This document shows positions 1-10,082 of a DNA stretch of 64,000 bases, in pieces; positions within the stretch are counted from its first letter, which is position 1; the number at the start of each line of letters is the position of its first letter. The stretch is from Candidatus Caldarchaeum sp. (GTDB lineage: Archaea > Thermoproteota > Nitrososphaeria_A > Caldarchaeales > Caldarchaeaceae), in contig JAVQUC010000002.1 in assembly GCA_033580815.1 (NCBI GenBank), positions 4,259-68,258 of the forward strand, read 5' to 3'. Both the position numbers and the translations under genes were made by a program. The notes beneath the pieces were generated by a model, which saw only the letters and a list, made by a program, of their open reading frames with translations, searched no databases and was not told the DNA's origin.

Positions 1-762
1 AGCGGTAGGCTCGAGGAGATGCCGGCGGAAGAGGGCTACCCAAGCTACCTAGCCAGCCGGCTCGCCGAATTCTATGAAAGAGCTGGAAGAGTTGTTACGG
101 TCGGCAGGCCGGAAAGAATCGGCAGCGTCACGCTTGTTGGCGCCGTAAGCCCACCGGGCGGAGACTTCACCGAGCCTGTCACGACGCACACCATGAGGTT
201 CATACGAACCTTCTGGGCCCTCGACGCGAGCTTAGCCTACACCCGTCACTACCCGGCCATCAACTGGATAACATCTTACTCCGCTTATGTCGAGACGGTC
301 AGGAGATGGTGGGCTGAAAATGTCTCACTCGACTGGTTCGAACAACGTTATCAAGCTTACAGGCTTCTGCAGAGGGAGGCTGAGCTTCTCGAGCTTGTGA
401 GGCTTTTGGGGCCCGAGGCCCTGCCCGACGAGGAGAAACTCATCATCGACGTAGCCCGCATGATCAGAGAGGGATTTCTCCAGCAAAACGCCTACGACGA
501 GGTCGACGCCTACTGCCCACCGGCCAAACAATACAAGCTCCTCCGCCTGTTCGTAAAATTCTACACCTTGGCGGACGAAGCACTACGCAAAGGAATTCCG
601 CTCAAGGCAATCAGGACGATGCCTTTAATATCCAAGCTGATCAGAGCCAAATACGAAATCCCCAACGACAAGCTCGAACAACTCGACGCCTTGGAAAAAG
701 CCTTGGAGGAAAGCTTCGAAAAGCTTGTTCTCGGCGAGAGGCTGGAGGTGGGGGCGCGTTGA
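1..762 (+). CDS. atpA: A/V-type ATP synthase subunit A, C-terminal part (5' truncated by window)
   Basis: Frame open from base 1 ([17 protein letters not shown]); motifs [28 protein letters not shown]; overlaps atpB start. Confidence 0.97.
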   Translation, partial: SGRLEEMPAEEGYPSYLASRLAEFYERAGRVVTVGRPERIGSVTLVGAVSPPGGDFTEPVTTHTMRFIRTFWALDASLAYTRHYPAINWITSYSAYVETVRRWWAENVSLDWFEQRYQAYRLLQREAELLELVRLLGPEALPDEEKLIIDVARMIREGFLQQNAYDEVDAYCPPAKQYKLLRLFVKFYTLADEALRKGIPLKAIRTMPLISKLIRAKYEIPNDKLEQLDALEKALEESFEKLVLGERLEVGAR

Positions 763-2156
763 CTTTGGAAAAATCTGGGATTGAATACCTCTCGGTTCAA
801 GAGATTAGAGGTCCTTTAATGATTGTCGGAGGTGTCTCGGGCGTCGCTTACGATGAATTAGTTGAGATCGAGACCGCCGAAGGTGAAAGAAGGCTTGGCA
901 GAGTCATCGAAGTCGGTGAAGGAAGGGCGGTGGTCCAGGTTTTCGAAGGAACTCAGGGCCTCGGTATCGAGGGGACTAAGGCACGTTTCCTCGGCAGGAC
1001 GATGGAAATACCTGTTTCGGCTGAGATGCTTGGAAGAGTTTTTGACGGCCTCGGCAAGCCGTTGGACGGTCTTCCCGACCCGATAGCCGAGGAAGTCCTC
1101 GACGTCAACGGGGAGCCCATCAACCCGCAACAGCGAGAATACCCGTCCGACTTCATACAGACAGGCATATCTGCCATCGACGGAATGAACAGCCTGGTTA
1201 GGGGTCAGAAACTTCCTATCTTTTCGGGCGCGGGCCTTCCACACAACTTCCTCGCGGCGCAGATAGCGAGGCAGGCGACTGTTCCCGGAAAGGAGGAGGA
1301 GTTCGCCGTCATCTTCGCCGCCGTCGGTGTTCAAAACGACGAAGCCCGCTATTTCCGACGAAGCCTCGAAGAGAGCGGAGCCATCAAACGAAGTGCTCTG
1401 TTCCTCAACCTAGCGGACGACCCGGCCATCGAAAGAATAGTGACACCCAGAATAGCCCTCACTCTCGCAGAATACCTCGCCTACAAACAAGGATACCATG
1501 TGCTCGTCATCATAACGGACATAACCAACTACGCGGAAGCCCTCAGAGAAGTGAGCGCAGCCCGTGAGGAAGTGCCCGGGCGCAAAGGCTACCCGGGGTA
1601 CATGTACACAGACTTGGCGTCGCTGTATGAAAGGGCTGGAAGGCTGCGGGGCTTGAGGGGGAGCTTGACTCAGATGCCGATACTGAGCATGCCGAGCGAC
1701 GACATTACGCATCCGATTCCAGACCTCACGGGATACATCACCGAAGGCCAGATAGTTCTTTCACGAGACCTCTACCGGAAGGGAATTTACCCGCCCATCA
1801 ACGTGTTGATGAGCCTTAGCAGGCTTATGGGCCCTGGAATAATTTCGCAGAAGAAAACAAGGCCCGACCATGGAGACGTCAGCAACCAACTCTATGCAGC
1901 CTATGCGAGGGCGGTGCAGCTGAGAAGCCTCGCCGAAATCGTCGGTAAGTCAGGACTTTCCGAGACTGACCTGAAATACCTCGAGTTCGGAGACCTGTTT
2001 GAGCAGAGGTTCCTCCGCCAAGGATACACCGAGAACAGGACGCTTGACCAGACCATCGACATAGCATGGGACATCTTGTCAAACCTCCCGGAAGCCGAGC
2101 TGACTAAAATCAAGGAGGAACACATCAGGAAACATTACCGAAGGAGGACGGCGTAA
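759..2156 (+). CDS. atpB: A/V-type ATP synthase subunit B
   Basis: [51 protein letters not shown]. Confidence 0.97.
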   Translation: MTLEKSGIEYLSVQEIRGPLMIVGGVSGVAYDELVEIETAEGERRLGRVIEVGEGRAVVQVFEGTQGLGIEGTKARFLGRTMEIPVSAEMLGRVFDGLGKPLDGLPDPIAEEVLDVNGEPINPQQREYPSDFIQTGISAIDGMNSLVRGQKLPIFSGAGLPHNFLAAQIARQATVPGKEEEFAVIFAAVGVQNDEARYFRRSLEESGAIKRSALFLNLADDPAIERIVTPRIALTLAEYLAYKQGYHVLVIITDITNYAEALREVSAAREEVPGRKGYPGYMYTDLASLYERAGRLRGLRGSLTQMPILSMPSDDITHPIPDLTGYITEGQIVLSRDLYRKGIYPPINVLMSLSRLMGPGIISQKKTRPDHGDVSNQLYAAYARAVQLRSLAEIVGKSGLSETDLKYLEFGDLFEQRFLRQGYTENRTLDQTIDIAWDILSNLPEAELTKIKEEHIRKHYRRRTA

Positions 2157-2163
2157 ATTCTCG

Positions 2164-3306
2164 TTGCAGACGAGCTCAAAATGGGTTCTCCTATCATGGC
2201 TATTCGTCGACCGCATCGTCTACACGCTTAACTGGCTTTCCATCTCGCCGGCCCAGCCCTTCATAGCCAGTGAATTCGGGGTAGGTCTTACGTCGCTCGG
2301 AGTGCTGGGAACGGTTTTCCTCGTCGGAATAGGAACCTTCCAGATTCCAGCCGGCTTACTAGCGACGAAATACGGCCCAAAGAAAATCGCCCTGACAGGG
2401 CTTTTCCTCTCATCGCTTTTCGCGGGCCTTTGTAGTTTGGCTCCCAACTTCGAATCGCTCCTGGTTCTCAGGTTTTTGACTGGAGTGTTTCTTAGTTTTT
2501 TCTTCGGTCCGGGGATCTCGTTCTTCACACCGCTCTTCGGCGTCAGGGAAAGAGGCACTGCTTTAGGCATCTACAACGCGGGCTTTCATGTCGGCACGCT
2601 GCTCGCCATCGGAGTCTGGCCGACTTTGATTACCCAGGTAGGGTGGCGCTTGGGTCTTTTGATTCCCGGCGTGATTGGGTTAGTTCTTACAGGCGTCACC
2701 TACGGTGTCTCGCGCTGGGTGAACGACAGAACCAACAACGAGGAATATGGGTTGTCAGCTATCAAAAACACTGCAGTGATCAGCTCAGCGTTGGGCCTTG
2801 CCCTAGCCGGGGCTGCATGGTATCCGCTTACACAGTTTGGAATCCTCTATCTGGATTTGGAGAAGGATGTTGGGTTTGAGGCCGCCGGTGCCTTGATATC
2901 GGTTCTTTCTGTTGGAAGCGTCTTCGGCGCGCCCCTTTCCGGAAGAATTTTCGACAGAGCGCGAAACCGCAAACTATTGCTGTATCTCCTCAATGTCTTA
3001 AGCGCGCTAGCCTTGTCGGCCTTCGTCTTCACACCAGTCGCTCTGATACCTTTGGTGATGTTTGTTATCGGATTTCTTTACACCTCCTCCAACAGCCTGT
3101 TCTACCTCGTCCCCATGTCTCTCCTTCCCGAAGAGAAGGTGGCGGTGGCCGTCGCCATGGTCAACTCTGTTCATCTGCTGGCGGCCTCGGTCATTCCATT
3201 CGTGTTCGCGAACCTTGTCGAATCGCTGGGATACGTCGTAGGATGGCTGTCAATGTCTGCACTCTGTGCTTCTGCCCTTGTCTGCATTCGAGGAATGAAA
3301 GTTTAA
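2164..3306 (+). CDS. MFS transporter
   Basis: 380 aa, about 12 hydrophobic segments, MFS motif-A-like GLLATKYGPKK and GRIFDR, LRFLTG. Confidence 0.85.
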   Translation: MQTSSKWVLLSWLFVDRIVYTLNWLSISPAQPFIASEFGVGLTSLGVLGTVFLVGIGTFQIPAGLLATKYGPKKIALTGLFLSSLFAGLCSLAPNFESLLVLRFLTGVFLSFFFGPGISFFTPLFGVRERGTALGIYNAGFHVGTLLAIGVWPTLITQVGWRLGLLIPGVIGLVLTGVTYGVSRWVNDRTNNEEYGLSAIKNTAVISSALGLALAGAAWYPLTQFGILYLDLEKDVGFEAAGALISVLSVGSVFGAPLSGRIFDRARNRKLLLYLLNVLSALALSAFVFTPVALIPLVMFVIGFLYTSSNSLFYLVPMSLLPEEKVAVAVAMVNSVHLLAASVIPFVFANLVESLGYVVGWLSMSALCASALVCIRGMKV

Positions 3307-3325
3307 CCACTGTGAAGTGGTTAAA
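3302..3325. promoter_or_regulatory. Perfect 10-bp inverted repeat (operator or hairpin) just upstream of a TATA-like element
   Basis: TTTAACCACT-gtga-AGTGGTTAAA, followed by CTTAAATA about 25 nt before ATG 3358. Confidence 0.45.
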
Positions 3326-3357
3326 AACTTAAATAATCAAAGTCCAAACCCACAACC

Positions 3358-3831
3358 ATGGATGTTTTTAGCGCGGCGGAGGAGATCATGGAGAACGCGC
3401 TGGTCTCCTCCCTCAGCTACGTCACATCATCGGGTGAAGTTTCAACTCATCCGATGCTTCCGCTCTACAGCAGAGAAAGAAAGAAGCTGTACATGACCTC
3501 AAGCATACTGTTCAGCAAAAAAATCGAGCACATAAAGAGGAACCCTAAGGTCGGTGTGCTGTTTAGCGGCCGGCAGTTCATCAGAACACCAACCTACTCC
3601 GCTTTACATCTCAAAGGCGATGCAAAGATCTACGAGGAAGACCTTCACAAGGGCTGGGAATGGCTCGTCGACCTCTGGCGTAAGAAGGAACCCTACATCG
3701 ATTCTTTCCTCAAACAGCGAATAGCATTGCCGCTCTTCTGGGAACGCGTGATCATCGAAATCACTCCCCGTGAACTGCTGCTTTGGAAAGACGGCGACAT
3801 AAGCACAGAGCCGCTGAGGTGGAGGGCATGA
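3358..3831 (+). CDS. Pyridoxamine 5'-phosphate oxidase-like (split-barrel flavin/F420/heme-binding) protein
   Basis: Pattern SLSYVTSSGEVSTHPM...KKIEHIKRNPKVGVLF...LHLKGDAKI...IIEITP typical of the PNPOx-like fold. Confidence 0.75.
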   Translation: MDVFSAAEEIMENALVSSLSYVTSSGEVSTHPMLPLYSRERKKLYMTSSILFSKKIEHIKRNPKVGVLFSGRQFIRTPTYSALHLKGDAKIYEEDLHKGWEWLVDLWRKKEPYIDSFLKQRIALPLFWERVIIEITPRELLLWKDGDISTEPLRWRA

Positions 3832-5150
3832 CGGTCGAACGAGAGCTGGAGGAATTCAGCGACGTAGTCGTTTCATACTTGGATGACGACGGCTATCCCA
3901 TGAGCTATTCGACAACGGCGAGGAAGCACGAGGGAAAACTAATCCTCGAAAAACCACCCTACCTTAAGGTTAAACCACGTGTTACCGTTTTGCTCAACCA
4001 CATAACACCACTCCCCACAGGAGGCTACACCGATCGAAGGTACGTCATGATGAGAGGGCGTGCAGAGGTCGAAAGACGAACGGTCTTATTCACGCCGGAG
4101 AAAACCTACGGCTGGGACGAAAAAACAAAGCCCTTCTTCCAATATTGCGAGGAAAGGGTGCCGCAGGCGAGGAGGTATCTCACGGTACTGAGTGAAAGCG
4201 TTGGACGCGTCATCAAGGCGCGGCTGCCGACTGTTCAACTGCTTTTCAGAGCAACGAGGTTCCCGTTTCTGACAGCGACCGTCGCTCCCGTTTTGATCGG
4301 CGTCGGCTCAGCGGCCTATCTGGGATTCTTCGACCCGATTCTCTTCATCCTTACGCTGGTCGGCGCTAGCCTCATCCACCTAGGCCTAAACATGACGAAC
4401 GACTACTATGACTCGAAGCTGGGAGCGGACGAAGCGAACATCACGCCAACACCGTTCAGTGGGGGGTCGAGAATGATCCAGTATGGCTTGCTGTCGCCGA
4501 GACAAGTTGCGACGGCAGCGGCTCTGTTCTATCTTTTCGGGGGATTGATAGGAGTTTTCCTTGCTTTGACCCGTGGTCTAATACCGGTTTTGACTGTGAT
4601 GGCCATCGGCATCTTCATCAGCTACGCCTACACCGCCCCGCCTTTCAAGCTCGCCTACAGAGGAATGGGAGAATTGGCCGTTGGCATAGGCTTCGGCCCC
4701 GTAATCGTACTCGGAAGCCACTACGTCCAAACTCAAACCTTCTCTTTAGAGGCCGCTGTAGCCTCTATTCCCATAGGCATAATGATAGCACTAATCCTGT
4801 ACATCAACGAAATACCCGACGCACCCTACGACACCGTAGCAGGCAAACGAACCATCGTGACAAGGCTTTCGAAACCCGCCGTGCTTACCTTGTACAAAAT
4901 TCTCCTCGGGCTGGCGTACGCGTTCATAGTTGGTTCTGTCGTGTCGGGTCTGGCTCCTCCGACGGTTTTGCTGGGTCTGCTGACGATTCCGAAAGCGGTC
5001 AAAACAGTTCGGCTTGTGTCACAGACTTACGGCAGTCCGTATTTGATGATTCCTGCTCTCGCATCAAACATCCAGGTTGCGACTTTGACAGGGTTTTTGA
5101 TGGCCGCTGGTTTCTTCCTCTGGGCTGTGGTGCGGCTGTTGTTGCCGTAA
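3828..5150 (+). CDS. UbiA/MenA-family prenyltransferase with N-terminal split-barrel-like domain
   Basis: ATG 3828 overlaps upstream stop (ATGA) after GGAGG; Asp-rich motifs NDYYD and NEIPD..YD...GKRT, SGGSR, YTAPPFKLAYRGMGE; N-terminal ~130 aa VSYLDDDGYPMS..VTVLL..YVMMRGRA. Confidence 0.85.
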   Translation: MTVERELEEFSDVVVSYLDDDGYPMSYSTTARKHEGKLILEKPPYLKVKPRVTVLLNHITPLPTGGYTDRRYVMMRGRAEVERRTVLFTPEKTYGWDEKTKPFFQYCEERVPQARRYLTVLSESVGRVIKARLPTVQLLFRATRFPFLTATVAPVLIGVGSAAYLGFFDPILFILTLVGASLIHLGLNMTNDYYDSKLGADEANITPTPFSGGSRMIQYGLLSPRQVATAAALFYLFGGLIGVFLALTRGLIPVLTVMAIGIFISYAYTAPPFKLAYRGMGELAVGIGFGPVIVLGSHYVQTQTFSLEAAVASIPIGIMIALILYINEIPDAPYDTVAGKRTIVTRLSKPAVLTLYKILLGLAYAFIVGSVVSGLAPPTVLLGLLTIPKAVKTVRLVSQTYGSPYLMIPALASNIQVATLTGFLMAAGFFLWAVVRLLLP

Positions 5151-5187
5151 CAAAGTTAAAATCGCTGTTTTTTCACCATAGCCCGAA

Positions 5188-6264
5188 ATGGTGAGACGCA
5201 GAGCAGCTGCCAAACCAGCGTACATTGGTTCCCTCCGTGGCAGAGATTTCCTCAACACGAACGACTTCAGTCAGGAGGAAATTAACAACATCCTCAAAGC
5301 CGCAAGAGATTTGCGTGAAAAATTCAAAGCCCGTAAACCAACTGAGTACTTGAGAGGCCAAACGCTTTTCATGATCTTCTACAACCGCTCCCTCAGAACA
5401 CGCAACTCCTTCGAAGCGGGAATCTATCAACTTGGTGGTCACGCCCACTTCCTCAGCCCATCAGACGTCTACACACCAACCCTACCCGAAGATATGATCC
5501 CTTACCAAACGGAATCAATCGCTGATGTGGCCCGTGTTCTCAGCACATACGGTGACGCCATCGCCGTGAGAATCTACGGAGACGCGGCCAAATGGCATAT
5601 CGGAAGAGGCCACAGGGTTATTCAAGAGTTCGCGAAATGGAGTACCATTCCCGTTCTGAACATGGAAGACGACATCTACCATCCCTTCCAAGCGCTCGCA
5701 GACATGATGGCTATAACGGATGTAGCCCCAAAGCCGAGGGGTAAGAAATTCGTCGTCTCCTACGCCTACTCAGGAGGTCTTAAACCGCTTGCAGTCCCCC
5801 AAAGCTGTATTCTAATCGGAACACAGTTTGGGATGGATGTTGTGTTGGCTCATCCACCTGGGTTTGAGCTTGAAGACCACGTCATCCAGGCATGTAAGAA
5901 AAACGTGGAGCAGTACGGCGGCTCGTTCAAAATAACAAACAACATGAAGGAGGCTTTTGAGGGTGCAGACTTTGTTTATCCGAAGGCATGGTCGCCGAAA
6001 AAATTCTTCCCACCTTATAACAATACCGTTGACAAGGAGGGGGCAACTCGATACCAAGACGAGTTCAAGGCATGGATAACGACTCCGGAGCTGATGGACT
6101 TAACCAACAAGGGCAAATACATGCACTGCGGCCCAGCCGACAGAGGACAAGAGGTCGTCGACGAAGTCATCGACAACCCAAACTATTCACTATACTTTCA
6201 ACAAGCCGAAAACCGACTTCACGTCCAGAAGGCCGTGATGTCGATGACGATGGGAAAGAGATGA
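5188..6264 (+). CDS. Knotted carbamoyltransferase, YgeW-like
   Basis: SLRTRNSF carbamoyl-phosphate motif, HPFQALAD, AYSGGLKPLAVPQS, YPKAW, YMHCGPAD, QAENRLH. Confidence 0.85.
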   Translation: MVRRRAAAKPAYIGSLRGRDFLNTNDFSQEEINNILKAARDLREKFKARKPTEYLRGQTLFMIFYNRSLRTRNSFEAGIYQLGGHAHFLSPSDVYTPTLPEDMIPYQTESIADVARVLSTYGDAIAVRIYGDAAKWHIGRGHRVIQEFAKWSTIPVLNMEDDIYHPFQALADMMAITDVAPKPRGKKFVVSYAYSGGLKPLAVPQSCILIGTQFGMDVVLAHPPGFELEDHVIQACKKNVEQYGGSFKITNNMKEAFEGADFVYPKAWSPKKFFPPYNNTVDKEGATRYQDEFKAWITTPELMDLTNKGKYMHCGPADRGQEVVDEVIDNPNYSLYFQQAENRLHVQKAVMSMTMGKR

Positions 6265-7289
6265 AAACAGGGGAAGACATCCTCGAGCTAATCGGTAACA
6301 CACCCCTTCTCCGACTCAGGAACATAGAGAAACACGCGGGCATCGAGTCGGAGCTCTGGGCCAAGCTTGAGTTTTACAACCCCTCGGGAAGCCTCAAAGA
6401 CCGGATATACCGCGAAATGATAACGAAGGCCATCGAAAGAGGAGATTTGAGGCCGGGGATGGAAATACTCGAAGTGTCGACTGGAAACGCGGGGATTGCG
6501 TGTTCTTTCGTCGGCTCCCACCTCGGATACAAGGTCACAATCGTCATGCCTGAAGGAATGAGCGAGGAGCGGAAGCAGCTCATCAAGGCGTTCGGCGGCC
6601 AGCTGGTTTTTACTCCCGGGGCAGAAAGCGATGTTGACATTAGCCTTAGGAAAGCGGAGGAGATGATGCAGCGGAACCCGGGGAAGTACTGGTTTCCCAA
6701 CCAATTCACCAACCCGGACAACATCCAAGCACACATCAAGACCACCGGCCCCGAAATATGGGAGCAGACCAAGGGCACCGTGGATTGTTTCGTGATGTCG
6801 CAGGGAAGCGGAGGAACAGTATCAGGAGTTGGTAAATTCCTCAAAGAGAAAAAACCCGGTGTGAAAATATACACGGTCGAACCGGCTGAAGCTCCGATAA
6901 TCAGCGAAGGAAGATGGGGGACTCACAGAATCGAAGGAATCGGAGACGGGTTCATCCCCCGCAACCTCGACCTTTCCGTATGTGACGGAGTGGTGACGAC
7001 GACTTCGGAGGAGGCAATAGAAACAGCGAGAACACTCGCCCGTCTGGAGGGAATATTCGGAGGAATTTCCTCCGGATGCAACGTAGCCGCGGCAGTGAAA
7101 GTTGCTAGGAAATACAAGAAGCTGAGAAAGATAGTAACTCTTATTTGCGACTCAGGCAACAGATACTTGTCCACCGAATTGTACGGTCCGGGTAAGAAAA
7201 CCGAAATCCCAGAGAGGGAACACCCGCTCGACGAGTACACGGTGAGGATGCGGGAAAAACACGCAAGCCGTCTCGAAGTGATAAGGTAA
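6261..7289 (+). CDS. Cysteine synthase-family PLP enzyme (fold type II)
   Basis: IGNTPL, KLEFYNPSGSLKDR (PLP Lys), STGNAG, NQFTNPDN, GSGGT, IEGIG; ATG 6261 overlaps upstream stop. Confidence 0.85.
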   Translation: MKTGEDILELIGNTPLLRLRNIEKHAGIESELWAKLEFYNPSGSLKDRIYREMITKAIERGDLRPGMEILEVSTGNAGIACSFVGSHLGYKVTIVMPEGMSEERKQLIKAFGGQLVFTPGAESDVDISLRKAEEMMQRNPGKYWFPNQFTNPDNIQAHIKTTGPEIWEQTKGTVDCFVMSQGSGGTVSGVGKFLKEKKPGVKIYTVEPAEAPIISEGRWGTHRIEGIGDGFIPRNLDLSVCDGVVTTTSEEAIETARTLARLEGIFGGISSGCNVAAAVKVARKYKKLRKIVTLICDSGNRYLSTELYGPGKKTEIPEREHPLDEYTVRMREKHASRLEVIR

Positions 7290-7295
7290 GCAGGA

Positions 7296-7793
7296 ATGGC
7301 GAGCTTCCATTTTGACGAAACCAACGGAGTCGCGTGGGACACCTACTTTGGCGGTCGTGTTTTGGTTCTTTCAGCCAAGCTTATCGGTGAGATGCGGAAG
7401 CTCTTGGCCGGCTCGACATCTGCTGCAGCGGCTGACGCTCTTCTCTGGCACATCGGAAAACGCTATGGTTTAGCGTTGTTGCAGAGAACAGTCGAGATGA
7501 AAAAGAAGCCGTTGGACAGCATAGCCCTACTCGCCGCAAGTGCGCAGAAATCTGGATGGGGCAAAATCTCAGTCGGAAACAAGGTCGATGTAGACCAAAC
7601 ATTCGAAATAGTTTTCGAGAACTGTGCTTTCTGCGAAGGAATCACGGGTGAAAAAAGTCCGTCGTGCTATTTTCTAGCGGGGATCTTGACAGGAATCGCC
7701 GAAGGATTGTTCGGTGAAGGATACAGCGCCAGAGAGACGGAATGCAGGTCTGTCCAAGGAAATGTCTGTCGTTTTTCAGTCGCGAAGTTTTAG
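7296..7793 (+). CDS. V4R-domain small-molecule-binding protein
   Basis: GWGK, NCAFC..SCYFLAGILTGI..ARETECRSVQGNVCRF. Confidence 0.8.
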   Translation: MASFHFDETNGVAWDTYFGGRVLVLSAKLIGEMRKLLAGSTSAAAADALLWHIGKRYGLALLQRTVEMKKKPLDSIALLAASAQKSGWGKISVGNKVDVDQTFEIVFENCAFCEGITGEKSPSCYFLAGILTGIAEGLFGEGYSARETECRSVQGNVCRFSVAKF

Positions 7794-7796
7794 CTG

Positions 7797-9056
7797 GTGC
7801 AGGGTTTGTTCGTGGAGAAGATGGTCTGTTCGAGATGCGGTGAATCCTACGACCCCCGTTCTAACCCTATAATGTGTAGAAATAACGACTTCGGCCGGTT
7901 GGATATCTACTATGACTATGACAAGGTCGCTGAATCTTTCAACCGCGCCGAGTTGAGCAAACGTCCTCCGCAGGGTGTATGGCGGTACTGGGAGTTGATG
8001 CCCGTCAACCGCAAGCATTCATCGCCTCTCGCCGAAGGTAACACGCCCCTTCTTAGGGCTTTCCGGCTTGGTCGTGAAATTGGGTTGAAAAACCTGTTCC
8101 TCAAGGACGACACTCGCAACCCGACGGCATCCTTTAAAGACCGGGCGATGTCGGTCGGCGCGGCGAAAGCCCTCGAGACGGGCAAGGTCAACGTGGTCAT
8201 AGCTTCCAGCGGGAACGCTGCATCCTCCTTGGCAGCCTATAGTGCGTCTCTGGGCCTTAACTGTACAGCTTTTGTTCCCGAAGACGTCTCGTTGGGAAAG
8301 GCTTCGCAACTCCTTCTCTACGGCGCCAGAGTTGTCAGGGTCAAGCAGGTTCGGGAGGGGCGCGACCCAACGGTCGAGTTGATGCTCCAGACTGTCCATG
8401 AGATGGGATGGTATCCATGCCCAAGCTTCGGACCCTTCAACCCCTATCAAGTCGAAGGCCCCAAAACAATAGCCTACGAAACAATCGAACAGCTAGAATG
8501 GACAATTCCCGATTTCGTGCTCATCCCCACAGGCTCGGGTTGTTTAGCCGCCGGGATATGGAAGGGCTTCAAAGACTTGAAGACACTGGGTCTGATCGAC
8601 GAATACCCAAAGATCGTCCCGGTCCAGCCTGAAGGAAACATGCCGTTGGTGAGAGCGATAAAGCAGCGCAAAAAATTTGAAGAAATAGAGCCAGAAAAAT
8701 GGCCCCGCTCCATAGCTTCAGGCCTTCTCGACCCCTATCCGTGGGATGGCGACGCAGTCATCGAAGGGGTGAACGCGACGAGAGGAACGGGGGAAACCGT
8801 GACCGAGACCGAAATCAGGGATTCCGTGAAAAAGCTCGCTAACCTTGAGGGTGTCTTCGCCGAACCATCCGGCGCTGTTGGAGTGGCCGCGGCACAGAAG
8901 CTGTTCCATCAAGGTGTAATCGATTCATCGGACGCGGTGGTCATCCTCGTCACCGGCTCGGGACTCAAGGAACCCGAAAAAATGGTCGCTGAGTCCAGCA
9001 TACCGCTGATAACACCGGATATCGAAGAATTCCGCAGACTTTTAGGAAAAAAGTGA
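7797..9056 (+). CDS. Threonine synthase-like PLP enzyme (paralog 1)
   Basis: N-terminal CxxC, GVWRY, EGNTPL, NPTASFKDR, ASSGNAA, EPSGA, VTGSGLK. Confidence 0.85.
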   Translation: MQGLFVEKMVCSRCGESYDPRSNPIMCRNNDFGRLDIYYDYDKVAESFNRAELSKRPPQGVWRYWELMPVNRKHSSPLAEGNTPLLRAFRLGREIGLKNLFLKDDTRNPTASFKDRAMSVGAAKALETGKVNVVIASSGNAASSLAAYSASLGLNCTAFVPEDVSLGKASQLLLYGARVVRVKQVREGRDPTVELMLQTVHEMGWYPCPSFGPFNPYQVEGPKTIAYETIEQLEWTIPDFVLIPTGSGCLAAGIWKGFKDLKTLGLIDEYPKIVPVQPEGNMPLVRAIKQRKKFEEIEPEKWPRSIASGLLDPYPWDGDAVIEGVNATRGTGETVTETEIRDSVKKLANLEGVFAEPSGAVGVAAAQKLFHQGVIDSSDAVVILVTGSGLKEPEKMVAESSIPLITPDIEEFRRLLGKK

Positions 9057-9119
9057 AATTCAAGCTTTATCGTTAACGGTTCTTTGAAGTTTTTATTACG
9101 GCGGGACTTGTCATCGCCC

Positions 9120-10076
9120 ATGGATGGCGGAGAGCTTATCGTTGTCGCTTTAGGAGGTAACGCGTTGCTCAGGAGAGGGGACAAGGGCTCGTTCGAAGAA
9201 CAATATAGGAATGTTTCGGAGGCGGCACGCTACCTAGCCGACATCGTCGAAGCAGGCCACAAACTCGTCATCACACATGGCAACGGACCCCAAGTGGGAG
9301 CCACGCTTCTGAGACACGACGCCGGCCAGAAAATCCATGGGATACCGGCCTTCCCGATGGATGCATGCGGCGCCGAAACACAGGGATTAATCGGCTACAT
9401 CATACAGCAAAACCTACGCAACGAGCTCAAACGAAGGGGGATCGACAAATACGTAATCACGGTTGTGACGAGAGTCATCGTCGACAAAGACGACCCTGCC
9501 TTCAAAAACCCAACGAAGCCAATAGGCCCCTTTTACAAAAAAGAGGACCTGGACAAGCTAAAGGCCGAACATCCTGAATACGTCTTCGCCGAAGACAAGG
9601 CTCGCGGCGGATGGAGGCGAGTGGTTCCATCGCCCGACCCAAAAATCATAGCCGAAAGACACGCGATCAAAGCGTTGGTCGACGCGGGTTTCATCGTCGT
9701 CGCAAGCGGTGGGGGCGGCATCCCGATAATCGAGGAGAACGGAAGAGCATCCGGTGTTGAAGCGGTCGTAGACAAAGACCTAGCTGGAGAGAAGCTCGCC
9801 GAGCTGATCAAAGCCGACAGGTTCGTCATCCTGACTGACGTCGACGGAGCATACCTTAACTATGGAAAACCAGACCAGAAAAAGCTGGAAAAAGTGACGG
9901 CCGCTGAAGCGAGAAAATATCTCGAAGAGGGACATTTTGGCTCCGGCTCGATGTTGCCGAAGGTGCTCGCATGCATAAGGTTTGTGGAGTCTGGTGGAAA
10001 AGAGGCGATCATCGCAGAGCTATCGCAGTTCAAGGAGGCTTTCGCGGGAAAAGCCGGCACTCATTTCATTCGGTGA
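9120..10076 (+). CDS. arcC: Carbamate kinase
   Basis: [54 protein letters not shown]. Confidence 0.95.
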   Translation: MDGGELIVVALGGNALLRRGDKGSFEEQYRNVSEAARYLADIVEAGHKLVITHGNGPQVGATLLRHDAGQKIHGIPAFPMDACGAETQGLIGYIIQQNLRNELKRRGIDKYVITVVTRVIVDKDDPAFKNPTKPIGPFYKKEDLDKLKAEHPEYVFAEDKARGGWRRVVPSPDPKIIAERHAIKALVDAGFIVVASGGGGIPIIEENGRASGVEAVVDKDLAGEKLAELIKADRFVILTDVDGAYLNYGKPDQKKLEKVTAAEARKYLEEGHFGSGSMLPKVLACIRFVESGGKEAIIAELSQFKEAFAGKAGTHFIR

Positions 10077-10082
10077 AATTCT

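Noticed and set aside
6072..6260. N-terminal extensions in the ORF track (3783, 6072, 9084, 13978, 30679, 34032, 34345, 58460)
   Set aside because: They run into neighbouring genes or promoter regions; downstream starts with stop/start overlaps or TATA spacing fit better
5188..10076. Arginine deiminase (arcABC) pathway reading of carbamoyltransferase plus carbamate kinase
   Set aside because: No arginine or agmatine deiminase in the window; the transferases lack the SMG ornithine-binding loop and have YgeW-type motifs
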